Of a DNA stretch of 64,000 bases, positions 1-12,550 are shown piece by piece. The stretch covers positions 620,001-684,000 of the forward strand of contig NC_045138.2 in assembly GCF_008831285.2 (NCBI RefSeq), written 5' to 3'. The position numbers and the translations under genes were made by a program. The notes under the pieces were generated by a model. The model did no database searches, was not told where the DNA came from, and worked only from the letters and a program-made list of their open reading frames with translations. This DNA is from Nymphaea colorata. Its lineage: Eukaryota. Each line of letters begins with the position of its first letter. Position 1 is the stretch's first letter.

Positions 1-1375
1 GCATCATAGAATGATAATTGCATAGGACAGCTACGAGCCATCACGGATCGAGACTACTCTCCGGGATTTAGCCAAGTTTTGAAAGATCTGATTGATATGT
101 TTGATAAGATGTGAATGTTGTGTTTGTTACATATGTATTGTCGTGGGCAATAATGCAATTGATTGAAATTAGAGGGTAGTTGTACCCGTATTGTATGACG
201 GCTAGCTATGACTGTTAATGTTATGTGTAGACCTCATGTGGAGGCAATTGGAGGTGTGGGTGCACTCGTGAAGTGTACCAACCTCATGAGCTAGTCAGTC
301 ATTTTGTGAATGTGCTATTATAATGATAATAATGAAAGAATAAAATATGAGAGGCCAGTGGGATGTGGCTATGTGTTTGGGAGACGTCTCGCTTTCGTCA
401 CTGGTCTCGCCTGTTCGGAGCGCAAGCGGTGCAAGGCCCTAGGGTACTGTTGTGTGATGTGCTTGGAGCGTTGGGCTTCCGCCTTCCCAACCTGGGTGTT
501 CTAGGGAAGGCTGAGTATCTTTCCTTGGAATTCACACATCCATGGATGAGTGCTCTACCGCTGCAGCGGATGAATGGATCCATACTATTCTGGGCCACCA
601 CGGGGGTTGTCTCTCGGCTATGGGCCGCTCGCGGTGTGCACGTGTCTGTGTTTGCACTCACAGGAACTGTCAATTCACTAAAACTAATGAAAATGAATGT
701 ATGTGAATGAAATGTGTGTGAACGAATGTATGTGATTGATGGGCATGTGAATGCTATGACTGAAATGAAATGTTTAAGCATGTCTTGCATGTGATTGAGA
801 TTGTGTTTCTGTGGCCCTTGAGTGGTCCTTTCATGTCATGGTCTATGTTAGGGGTTTTCTTGGCAAATGATGTGTCTATGCCCTGACACGACATGACGAA
901 TGATGTGCCTATGCCCTGACACGACATGACGATAGATTGTTTTTATGATTGTTCTTAAATTTGAGCTCTACCTAAGAGGGTTTGAGATTTTCCTGGCTTG
1001 TTGCCATACTGCGAAGGCTAAGCCTTCAGTTGTTTCTTTTTCAGGTTTTAGCGGACCCGGGGCAGCAGGTTGATCAGATGGCTTCACTCACATCCTACGG
1101 GGAAGGTTTTGGGTCTTTGGTAGTGTCGGCGCGTCATGGTTTGGTCTTTTTGACGTCTTATTTGTGTTAGGCATCAAAGTTGTGGTTTGGGGCATTTTTG
1201 TCATACACATAGATGTGACTTTGTATGAATTGAAATTGTTATATAAATGAAAGTTTGCCCCATGGTTTCAAATGACATAGCTTCATCTTTTTTTGAATTG
1301 TTGTGTAGTCGCACCTTAATGCTTTATGTTTATAAAAAAAAATTTGTTTGAGGGTCAAAAGGTTGGGGTGTGACA
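1..1375 (+). mobile_element. Right-hand end of a long Ty3/Gypsy-type (Tekay/Del-like) LTR, either a 3' LTR or a solo LTR, truncated by the window edge; lies in intron 3 of the SDN5-like gene
   Basis: A TG/GT-rich non-coding block ends sharply in GGGGTGTGACA (CA at 1374-1375), a terminus typical of Tekay/Del LTRs. No primer-binding site follows. It contains an internal 33-bp tandem duplication (about 868-933). The left end is not visible. Confidence 0.6.
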
Positions 1376-1928
1376 AGATTTGTCGGGTACACTACCTTAC
1401 CCAAAAAATACAATGTTTTTGAAGTACCTTAATATAATAGAAGGATTAGAGTTTTTGCCACGACAAGTTGTCAACCAACAAATCAGTAATGTTTGTCCAC
1501 AACCTACACCTAACTTTTGATGTCAACTTCAAGCCAAGCATGAACAAACAGAAAAGTGCATGCATGAACAGAGAGAGCTATTCTTTCTAAAGTTTAAATA
1601 TTGGTGGTGCATTGAATTTCCAAAAGTAAAACATAAACATCATTTCACAACCTACGACTAAAAGAAGTGCAAAGAAAGGTGAACAACAGATACAAGTAAG
1701 AGAAGAGAATCTGCACACGAATAAATGCAGCATCCATATGTAAAATCTATGGACTATGATATTTAATATTTATCCATAGTAGCATGAACTACTAACACCA
1801 AAGGAAAATGAAATTTCATTGAATCCCCTCAAGTTTATAATTTATGCCGTTCAGGATTCCATACCAAGAATATGAATATCAAGGATGAGAAAGCATGATG
1901 AAAGAAATAAACATCTGTGAGTAATTAC

Positions 1929-4258
1929 TTTTATAAATATCCATGATGGCATGACACCTTCTCCAAGGACCCAGGTGACAAGCCCTTGAACATCCTGTTT
2001 CACAATTTAAACAAAAAAAAAAGGTATCAAGAAATCATATTATGGAGTTAGCACTATTTCAAACTTTCAGTATAGGAGGAGTAAGGGGAACAAACCTCCA
2101 GATTTAAAGTCGAGTTAGCCCGAGGACTTCTAATAGTAGCTTCTGCTTTTGCCTGTATATGCACTAAAAAGTGTTAACAGAGTTCCACCAGTGGATCACT
2201 GAGTCAAAGCTACAACCAGATTAGATTTCATCATCATCTTAATCTGTAACAAGCAAAAAATAAATGAACTCAACTAGTTCCTTGCTGTTCCATGAAAGAA
2301 GATACTATGCCACCATTTCAAAAGCAAATATTAGGCATGCTTTGGATTATACAACTGGCAAAGCTGCCTGTTTGAAGACAAGCACTATTTTCTTGGTGCT
2401 TTCAAGACATTAGGTTCATTTTTACAGAGTTATACTTGCTACTTGCTACCTTGGTCTAGATCAGGTAAAACCGTCAAACTCAAACAAGTCTCAGTACAAT
2501 TTTTAATGCCAGGGCCATTTGAGATAATATAATTCCTTTTCATTTTTTCCAACAGGGCCCACTGTCTTGCTGCAAATGCTGGTGCTACCTTCAGAAGTCA
2601 TTCCCAACCGAACCTTTCCGTTTGAAGTTGAGAACCATGATGAAATCTAAGAATGAACATGGTTTGATATGTCTTTGAAAGGAATCTCCTGCAGTGGAAC
2701 CTTAAGTAGCCAAAAACGCCCCTACAGAACATTTTATTGCCTATAAATAACTCAGAAAAAAAAGTTTAGGAAAAGACTCAAGAAGGCAACGCTCATTAGT
2801 GCAGCATCATACCATTTTGATGCCTTTTTGTTCCTTTCATCTCTTTCAGAATATGTTTTGAGGGCTAGGATCTTGACATTCTTAATCTATCAAATGGGCA
2901 TGTTCTGTGAAAACCCAAAAAAGAAAAAGAAAAAAAACACACTGACCACAAGGAAACTATCAAGAATGCAGCAGCTTTGCGATCCAATGATACATATTAC
3001 AGAACAAGAAAAACAACATTTTTTCATGTAAAATAGCAACCGAAAGTGTCAAGCCCAAAACCCTGCAAACTGTTCAAAAGAAACCGTGACAACATCCACA
3101 GGCTATATTGACACCAAGAAACAGCAAAGAGAAGTTTTAATAAAAATGCATTCTCCCAAGTAATTGAAGTGCATAGGCAAACAATCCACGCACGGTCCTC
3201 AATTTCTGGCACTGCAAATGAGGGAAGATGAATGAAATACGCAACTTCATAAATTTGTTCCGGCATAGAAATTATTAGATTATTAGTCAATTATTAGTGA
3301 AGTTTTCATGAAATTCAGCTTACTTGACCATAACAAACGCATTGAACCATGACAACAGACTTCCTCTCTGTCTCGTATTGTAACGAAATGAAAAAGTGAA
3401 ATTAAAAGATAAAAAATAAACAACCTATTGATCCTCTCGTGAACGCTATAAATCAAACCACCACCATCTCCCCAGTGCTCAAAAAGGACTATAAACAAAA
3501 CAGCACAAAAGGGAAAACAAATGAAAAAATGGTATAGCAAGATCATAAATGAGAATAAGTTACAAACATAAACGAAACAAGGTATGAAGACGGATAACCC
3601 AAAAAAGGACGAGAGGTAGAAACAACTCCATCTTTCTTTATCCCAAAACCCTGACCATTTAAAGCATAATAACGTATAGAAATTCCACATCAAGCGAAAC
3701 AGATAAATGAAGTGGATGAAAATAAAATTTGACAATTCAAGCAGACGACCAATGGGCAGAGGAGACTCAACACATTCATGAGGAAATAACAAGCGAAAAG
3801 GAACCGCATTGCTATGGCTCCACGTTCCTCAATCAGAAAACCCATTAACCATGAAAGTTCCAGCATCCTCACTTGCACCAAATAACTGATAAAGTGACCA
3901 CGGAAGTTAAGGGGGCAGCTTAACCTAATGTGTATCTGCGTGCTCGTGCACGTGTGAGAGAGAGAGGGAAAAAGAGAGAAACCACCTCAGGGCCATAGAC
4001 GTCAAAGTAACGGCCATTGTCCTCCTTGCCGATGGAGTCAGAAGGAGAATGCGAAGACGAAGAAGAAGACGAAGAAGAAGAAGTGGAAGTAGAAGAGGAA
4101 GAGGAGGAAGCGGTACAGTTGATGAGTTGGGTATCGGCGTCTCGGTCAGAAGCGCGCTTCTTCTTCCCCATGGAGACTGAGGAAGGCTTCTTCCCCTTCA
4201 CCGTCGGGAAACAACGCGGCAGGAAGGAAGAGGAGGGAGCGGAGGCCCGTGACTGCAT
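1929..4258 (-). CDS. SDN5: Small RNA degrading nuclease 5-like (REX1-type DEDDh exonuclease), 5' part only; exons 4258-3986, 2152-2096, 1994-1929; the gene continues beyond position 1
   Basis: Spliced translation ...[50 protein letters not shown] matches the N-terminal region of Arabidopsis SDN5 as I recall it (DIYGPEAK...[14 protein letters not shown]...MPSWVFIK). All junctions are GT-AG and phase 0. The start may be the ATG at 4258 or at 4171 (MGKKKR). Confidence 0.85.
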
Positions 4259-7200
4259 GTGACCCTTTCCTCTTTAAACAGCACCCTCGGCTCCCTCTCT
4301 CCTCAACTCTCGTATGTGAAGTGCGGTTAACTGGTCATTTCAATTCAGACCACTTAGTTGAAGGATAAAAAACAGATGTTTTCAGTTGGTTATTGAAGTA
4401 TTATTTGCGCAAATTATATGTATAGTTCTAAAAAGTGATTTGCTATTTTTAGATATTACTTTCAATAGCGTAAAATTATCGGCAAGTAACATCGAAATTT
4501 TGTTCATTTAAAAAAAAATACATTATGATCCGCTTTATGTTGAACTGCTGTTTATAACGTTCATATTTTTATATATTTTTATTATAATTTAAGGGATCTC
4601 TTTTAAGATATACTTTTTTTTTCCTTTTTATCTCTCCCTATGAACATGCATGTATGTAGATAAAACGGCTAATATATAATATAATATAATATAAATAATA
4701 TACAAAGTATATGTGAAAAAAACAATAAACTGCTTATATATTATTTTCTCTTTATCTACTCCATAGTCCATACGTGCTATTATAGATAAAATGTTGAAAT
4801 TTGCACTCAGCTTTTGCAACTCTTTGCCATCTATTTTTCTCATACTTACGATTTTTAGTACACTGAACAATCCTTTGGTTAGAACTTTATGTTTATCTCC
4901 CCCTAGTTAATAAAAGTACATCACTGTCTTTTTGCTTTTGTTATAACTCGTATTATATCATAATTTAAAAGTCAATGGCAAAAAACAAACACTTGTTTGA
5001 TTATTGCCAATAATTAGCATGAGCGTTTCAAAATATTTGGAAAATAATCAAGGAGGGTGGCTAAAGTACTAATATGCATTTTTAGCCTTTTCTTGTACAA
5101 TACCTCACATTTTTTAGCCACTTCTCATAAATAAAATCCACGAATGGGGATTACAAAAACAACGAACTTCAGCATTAAAAAAGAGCATTTTCCGTACAAC
5201 AAAATGTCCCATCATTTTAGATAACGAAGAACAGTGCGCAGCAAGAGAGAGATCGGTAAGGGCGAAGACTTTGGATCGCATTCAAAACATTTCTCATCTA
5301 TCTACATTTTCCATGCGTGTTTTTCATTTTAATCGGTGGATGTGGATCTCATGGGCTTTACCCAGTGGTGTAAAAATTGACTTGAATTGATAGCAGATAA
5401 ATATGATTAATCGGTGGATATATAGATGTCACGTTTCCGATTGCCATTCAGTTTTTAAAGTCTTTAACTTCTAAAGATTTTATCAATTTTTTAAATTCTT
5501 AGACAAAATGATATTTTTTCTGAAACATATATAGTAAATTGCTTGCTACTTAGCAAGCGATTAAGCTGAACCAGTCTCTTCGAAGATCTTATTCGAATTT
5601 TGTCATTGGGGGGTTGGAGCAATGAACGGGGCAAAGGCTGAGTAGGCAGCTAATCTTTATTTCAAATCCTCAGGGTTTCAATTCCATGTGCTGCAACAAA
5701 AAACACCACCAACGAATCACATAAAACAGGTCATATATGGTAAGGAAAGAGGAGTTGAGTGGGAGCTTCGACTTTCAGTCGTGGGGTGGGTCTCTCCCCG
5801 CTCTCACCAAAGGTCTTATTCAAATCCAGATTTTATACCCAAAGGCAAAGGAACATCATCATTGCCATAACAGGAAAAAGAAAATGAGAGCACAGCAGAT
5901 GAGTAGGATCCAGAACGACCAAATAGGCAGATAATAGGATAGAGAAGCCCTCACATTGGATTCAATTCATTTTCAGCCCACAGGCTGATCATTGTGACAA
6001 AGCCCTTCATTATACTCCAACCGCAATAGGGCTTCGGCCTTAGATCCTCAGTGTGGTTCCAGACCAGATCCAAGGTAAACATAGCTATAATGATGATTTT
6101 ATGGGAATTTTAATCACTTAAGCCCACTGAGGAAGAGGAAAATAGTCTGATTCAGAATTGGTATAGACCTTTTTTCCCAAACTTAGATGAGAGTGCAGCG
6201 ACCTTATTGAATCAATTTACAGTTACTGGGCAAAATCAGACACTCAATTGCAGCGGACCAGCCAGAGGCATGGATTTAAGCGTTTCAGGTTTGGATAAGG
6301 TGGATACATTAGATACCAAGTTAACTTGTTGGTAGAGGTAAGGAAACCAACGCCCTTCATTTACATCCCTATTAACAAGAGATGGTTACTGATGGGATTT
6401 TCCAGGAACCAACAGGCAGATCAATGGATAGCAGAGAAAGGGAGACGGTGAGATGCCCTTGGTTCCATACAAGTCTGAAACAATTAAACCATGACTAACA
6501 GCATTCCAGACAAGGGAGGGAAACAGGAAAGAACATGCAAACAAACAAGATCATAATCACGCCAAAACCAGTTCAAAAGTCTATTCATTTAGGACAGGTC
6601 TATCATTGCACAATTGCATTCAATTTCAGATACGGCAATCCCACCAAAGATCTCTTAGTTGTTTCATGTTTGGGGAAATATATCATAGAGAAATTTCTGA
6701 TTTGGCTGGAAAATGTAGAGCTGGTAAACGAGAAACAACTTTTAGTAAGATATACCTCATTTCTGCAACCACGTTTTGCATAACTAATTTTGACCGTATT
6801 TTGTTGGACTCCTCATAGACAGCCAGCAAGCAACCAGGCAAAATGAAGGAATTATTTGATTTTTCATGACCTCCTGCCTGTCAAGTTCCTGTTAATTCTT
6901 CAATATATCTAGAACTTCGGGATGGAACCAGATAATTTCATGACATCCTTTGCCGAATAGAAATAAACTTAAGATCACAGGGACTGGCAGTGCACAGTCT
7001 ACTAGATGCTCGATTAGCTATGTCCATGCAATGTTCTAGAAAATTGAAGAGATTAGCAGCTTAAACAAACGGAAGGAGAATGAATGGATGCATAATAAAG
7101 CTCAAGTGGATCCATAGAAGCAATAACATAGACTCTAGAGAAACATTACCACTGCAGAGAAATTTTATTATCTTTCAGAAATGAGAGATGAGCATTCACA

Positions 7201-7269
7201 GCTTCTATAGCTTTTTCCGAAATTCATGTCTTTCATGGGCATGACTAAGAACTTCATGCAGAATCCTTA

Positions 7270-7603
7270 AAATTTGGGAATATCCTGACATCACACACAG
7301 CAACCAAAATATTAAGAGGGATACAGCAAATATCAGAATTCAATTCCATGCTGTAAGGCCAAGATCCTCAGCTACATTTTACATAACAAGGTGATCCCTA
7401 ACAGGACCAAAGAGATGCTCTCCTCCTATAGCAAAAATAAATATGGGAACAACCTAACATCCCACATGCAACCAAATACTGAGAGGGATACTAAATATGA
7501 GAAATCAGTTCCATGCTGTTAGACCAAGATCTCCAGCTACATTGTACATAACAAGGCGATCCCAAACAGAACCAAAGAGATGCTCTCCTCCTATAGCAAA
7601 AGT
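7270..7603 (-). repeat. Tandem duplication (~168-bp unit) of the PEN-2 C-terminal codons plus proximal 3' UTR; the distal copy is degenerate
   Basis: 7270-7438 aligns with 7439-7603 (both contain CCAAAGAGATGCTCTCCTCCTATAGCAAAA). The distal copy translates GGEHLFGPVRDHLVM*NVAEDLGLTAWN*. Confidence 0.9.
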
Positions 7604-10600
7604 GAATGCCCACGAGCATAGAGCAGTTGTGAATAACACAAACCCAATGGCCGACCCAACCACATCTGAAAAAGGTGGAGGAGAGCATCCATTCAATAAT
7701 TCATAACAAAGCCAAGGTACGTCCATTAACCCACTGAATCATGAGGTGATAATGGAGAACTAATTTAGAAACAGGTTGCATTTTGAACATTGAAGCATTA
7801 GCAAACTACTAGTTTTCTAAAACAGAATGAAATTGTACTTGATAATAATGCTTATTAGACCCACTGGGATTGGAGCATTGATTGTTATACAACACATGAT
7901 GTTGCAGATGTACGTTACTTTCAGTTAAAAAGATGAGAAGATTTTAAAGGTTATTGTTTCCCCAATCAATATTTACATGATCAAACAAAAACGGACACAA
8001 AAGGTTAATTCATGTATAGCTTGTTGCAGCGGAGAAGAAGAGAGTGAGAGAGAGAAGCTGCCGTGAGATTGAACCTTGAGAACCTTTCCTTACGATAACC
8101 CTCATCTCTCTTATAAAAGAGATTAGGGTAAAAAGGGATTTACAAAATAACTCAATGGAAAATAAGAAAAATATTAAAGAGATCTTATAACTCTTTAATA
8201 TTACAAAGAACCTCCTAAAACATAAAACTTTTCTTGTTTAACACTCCCCCTCAAGCTGGAGCATACATATTAAACATGCTCAGCTTGTCACAACATCTAG
8301 AGAAATCACCAATAGGAAGAGCTTTGGTGAAGATATCTGCAGCTTGATCTTCTGAAGGAACATGAGCAGTGGCAATGGTTCCTGCTTGAACGAGATCTCG
8401 AATGTAATGGCAATCCACCTCAATATGTTTAGTTCTTTCATGGAAAACTGGATTGTTTGCAATGTGTGTGGCTGCTTGATTGTCACAATACATCTTCATG
8501 GGAAGTGTGATTGACACACTTAAGCTGGATAGCATGGATCTAGCCCACGTCATTTCTGCTGCTGTTTGAGCCATAGCTCTGTATTCGGATTCTGCACTAG
8601 ATCTTGACACCACACCTTGTTTTTTGCTTCTCCACGATATGAGGTTTCCTCCCACAAATACACAAAATCCTGTGGTAGATTTTCTGTCCTCTACTGAGCC
8701 AGCATAATCAGCATCACTATAGGCTTCCACTTCCAGAGTCTTGCCTTTTGTGAACAAAAGGCCTTTGCCAGGAGAAGATTTCAGATATTTAACCACCATC
8801 AAAGCAGCATCCCAATGAACTTTCCTTGGTTTTTCCATAAATTGACTTAGTTTTCCCACTGCAAAACTAATGTCTGGTCTTGTCACGGTAACATAGAGAA
8901 GTTTTCCAATAAGGGATCTGTAAGATCTAGAATCCACTAATTCTGTTTGGTCATCATGAAGATGTATACGTGGATTCATAGGTAAATTTGCCGGTTTAGC
9001 TCCTAGCATCCCTGTGTCCTGCAATAAATCAAGAACATATTTCCGTTGAGAGAGAACAACACCCTCACCATTGCGAGCAACTTCTATTCCCAAGAAGTAT
9101 CGTAGAGGACCTAGATCTTTCGTCACAAAGTGTTTTTGAAGAAACAACTTTGCATCAGAAATTTCTTGATCAGAATCACCTGTCAGGATAATATCATCAA
9201 CATAAACCACGAGAACAGTTATACCTCGGGAAGCCTTCTTGATAAACAAGGAATGATCAAGAGGAGATCTCACAAAGCCACACTGTGAGACTACCTCGGA
9301 AAACTTGTGAAACCACGCACGAGGACTCTGTTTGAGTCCATAAATAGCTTTCTTCAGCTTGCACACTTTTCCACACTCCCCCTGTCGTTCAAATCCCGGT
9401 GGTTGTTGCATATAGACAGTCTCATCAAGATCACCATACAAAAAGGCGTTTTTGACATCCAGTTGATACATGTGCCAGTCATGGTGGACAGCCACAGAAA
9501 TAATAAGACGAATGGTTCCCAGCCGAGCAACTGGAGAGAAGGTCTCAAAGAAATCCACACCGTAGGTCTGCGTGTAGCCCTTAGCAACCAATCGAGCTTT
9601 GTATCGTTCCAAAGAACCATCAGAATTATACTTAACTGTGAATACCCACTTTGAGCCAACAATATCACATCGAGGAGGAGGATCAACAAGTTCCCAAGTG
9701 CCCCTCTGCACTAAGGCATCCATCTCATCTTGCATAGCCCGTCGCCATTGGGTGTCTAATAAGGCCTGCTGGTGACACGTAGGAACTGTATGAGCAGCCA
9801 AAGCATGAATGAATTGTTGCATATTTTTACTAACCCCATCAGTAGACACAAAATGAGATATAGGATGTAAAGTACATTGTCGTCTGCCTTTGCGAAGAGC
9901 AATAGGTAAGTCTTGACAAGGATCAGAATGAGTAGGGCTATGCGCTTCAGATGTACTTACCTCCTGAGAAACGGTTGGCAAAAGATTATGAGAAGGGTCC
10001 TGTCGACGTGTGTAGACCAGCGGTGGATCACGAAACTTGGACACAACAGACGAAGGAGATTCAACAGGGAACGACTCCAAAGGAATAGGAGGAATAGGCA
10101 GTGGGTCTGGAGACCGTAGCATCTCAGTAGACATAGGAGTGAGGCTATAATAAGGTTGAGACTCAAAGAAAGTGACATCCGCACTGATATACTCTTTTTG
10201 GGTCAAGGGATCAAAGCATTTGTAGCCTTTATGGTTTCTGGAGTAGCCAATGAAAATGCATTTAATGGCTTGGGCTCCCAATTTGTCACGTGTGGGTCCA
10301 AGAATGTGAACAAAGCATGTGCAACCAAATACTTTGGGAGCCACTGGAAACAAAGATCTTTGTGGGTGCACAAGTTTAATGGGGATCTGGTTATCAATGG
10401 AGGATGATGGTAAACGATTGGTTAAGTAGCAAGCAGTAAGAATAGCATCTCCCCAAAAATATGCAGGGAGATTAGTATGAAGCATAAGGGAACGAGCCAC
10501 ATTTAAAAGTTGACGATGTTTTCGCTCAACTATTCCAGTTTGCTGGGAAGTATGGGGACATGTAAACTGAGGAGAAATGCCATTATCTGAGTAAAACTTC

Positions 10601-12502
10601 ATTAAGGTAGATGCCTTAAACTCAAGAGCATTATCAGTGCGAATGTTTTTAACAAGAATACCAAATTGGGTCTTTATTTCAATAATAAGGTTTTTGAGAG
10701 TACATACGACTTCAGACCTTTCCTTCAAAAGGAAAACCCAGGTGACTCGAGAATAATCATCTACGATGACAAGAAAATAACGAAATCTTGACCTACTAGC
10801 AACTCTGCTAGGACCCCACACATCAACATGAAGAAGATCAAATAGTCCACAACTGGACGTACTAAGACTCGATGAATAACTACTACGAGTGTGTTTGCCA
10901 AGTTGACAAGCTTCACACTGGAACGACTCTGGTAAGGAGAGATGTGGAAGGAGATGACGGAGCTTGGAGACAGATGGATGACCAAGTCTGAGATGCCACT
11001 GGAACGAGGAGGACAACGATGTGATCGATGATGCTGCAATACCCACGGGATCCGACAGGAAGTAGATGCCCCCTTTCTCATAGCCTCCACCAATCGTCTT
11101 CCCAGTAGGCAAGTCCTGAAATGAACATAAACCAGAGTCAAACGTAACACGACAATGTAAATCATTAACCAATTGTCCGACAGATAACAAATTTGTGGGA
11201 AACTTAGGAGCATATAACACATTGGGAATAGTCATAGATTGAGAGATCTTGATATCTCCATATCCCATAATGGGTGACAATCTACCATCTGCAAGTCTCA
11301 CATGACGTATCTGAGGTAGTGAGTGTAGCACAGTAAACATAGAAGGCGTACTACAAAAGTGCCTCGATGCCCCAGAATCAATAATCCAAGTAGTACCTGT
11401 ATCATGTGAGATAGTGTCAACAGACATAGCGCTGTCAGTCATAACTGTGGAGGCCGATGGCTGAGTAGATCTGTGTGCTAGAAAGTCCTCATACTCTGAC
11501 TTATTGATACTCACAGTCATTGTCTCAGACTGAGAAGAAGATAAAGACCCATCTACTACTGATGACGCTGCTTGGGCCGCTCCAATAGAAGACTGTAAAG
11601 AGTTCTTCCCTAGCTTTGATGTAACATTTCTGCCTAAGGATGGCGCTGCAGTAGGACGACCATGTTTATCCCAACATCTGTCTTCCAAATGACCTATTTT
11701 CCCACAATAAGTGCACTGAAATCTCCCCCGACCTCCTCCTGACCCACGGCCCATGCCTCTTCCCCTGAATAAACCGCGTCCACGTCCTCCTGAAGCTGCT
11801 AAGGCAGAGGCATGGATATCACTGGCAGGTGAAGAGAGGGTCACAGCAAGACGACTAAGCCTGTTGTAGGCTTCAGCTAGATCAGGGATTTCTGCTCCAG
11901 TCAGCATCTGAGCCTTTGCTACTGCATATTCAGAGGAGAGACCCTGTAGGAATTTCGCAACCATAGACTGTTCACCATGGGTCTTATAACATGTTGGACA
12001 TGGAGGACGTAATGCTTTAAGTCGCTCAGAGATGGACTTAAGGGAAGCGAAGTACTGAGCAAGACTTTGGTCACCTTGTTGCAGATTAAGTAGTTCCTCC
12101 TCTACCTGCAATATTTTGCTAATATTCCTGTCATTCGAGTAAGTCTGTTTCAAGAAATCCCACATTTGCTTAGCCGAGGTGTAGTATGCAATAGTTGATG
12201 CAATTTGGGGTTGCACACTATTCATGATCCATGACATGACAATATTATTATCTCCCTTCCATGAACTATATTTTCCACTCTTTTCAACAGGTTCGTTTTC
12301 TTCTATAACATGCTCCTTTTGATGTCCAATCACAGACATCATAAACACACGAGACCAAATCTCATAGTTAGATCCATCTAACTTTACAGTAGAACCATAC
12401 GAAAATGGATTTCCTCCACTTTTAACTTCATGAGAAAAATCAGATTTATTACTTTCAGCCATCATAAATCTGTCCACAAGAGATCAACCACCAATAGCGA
12501 GA

Positions 12503-12550
<48 letters not shown>

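Noticed and set aside
310..1170. Overlapping 60-130-aa ORFs in the first 1.2 kb
   Set aside because: No recognisable motifs; they lie inside the LTR-like block.
4017..4262. Plus-strand 81-aa poly-Glu ORF
   Set aside because: It is the antisense reading of the poly-Ser tract in SDN5 exon 1.
5600..7250. Moderately GC-rich sequence between SDN5 and PEN-2, possibly a LINE relic or extra exons
   Set aside because: No protein motif or consistent exon chain found; left unannotated.
8070..8090. GAAccTTGaGAAccTTTc in the Copia LTR as a heat-shock element
   Set aside because: The nGAAn units are imperfect and irregularly spaced; not enough to call heat responsiveness.
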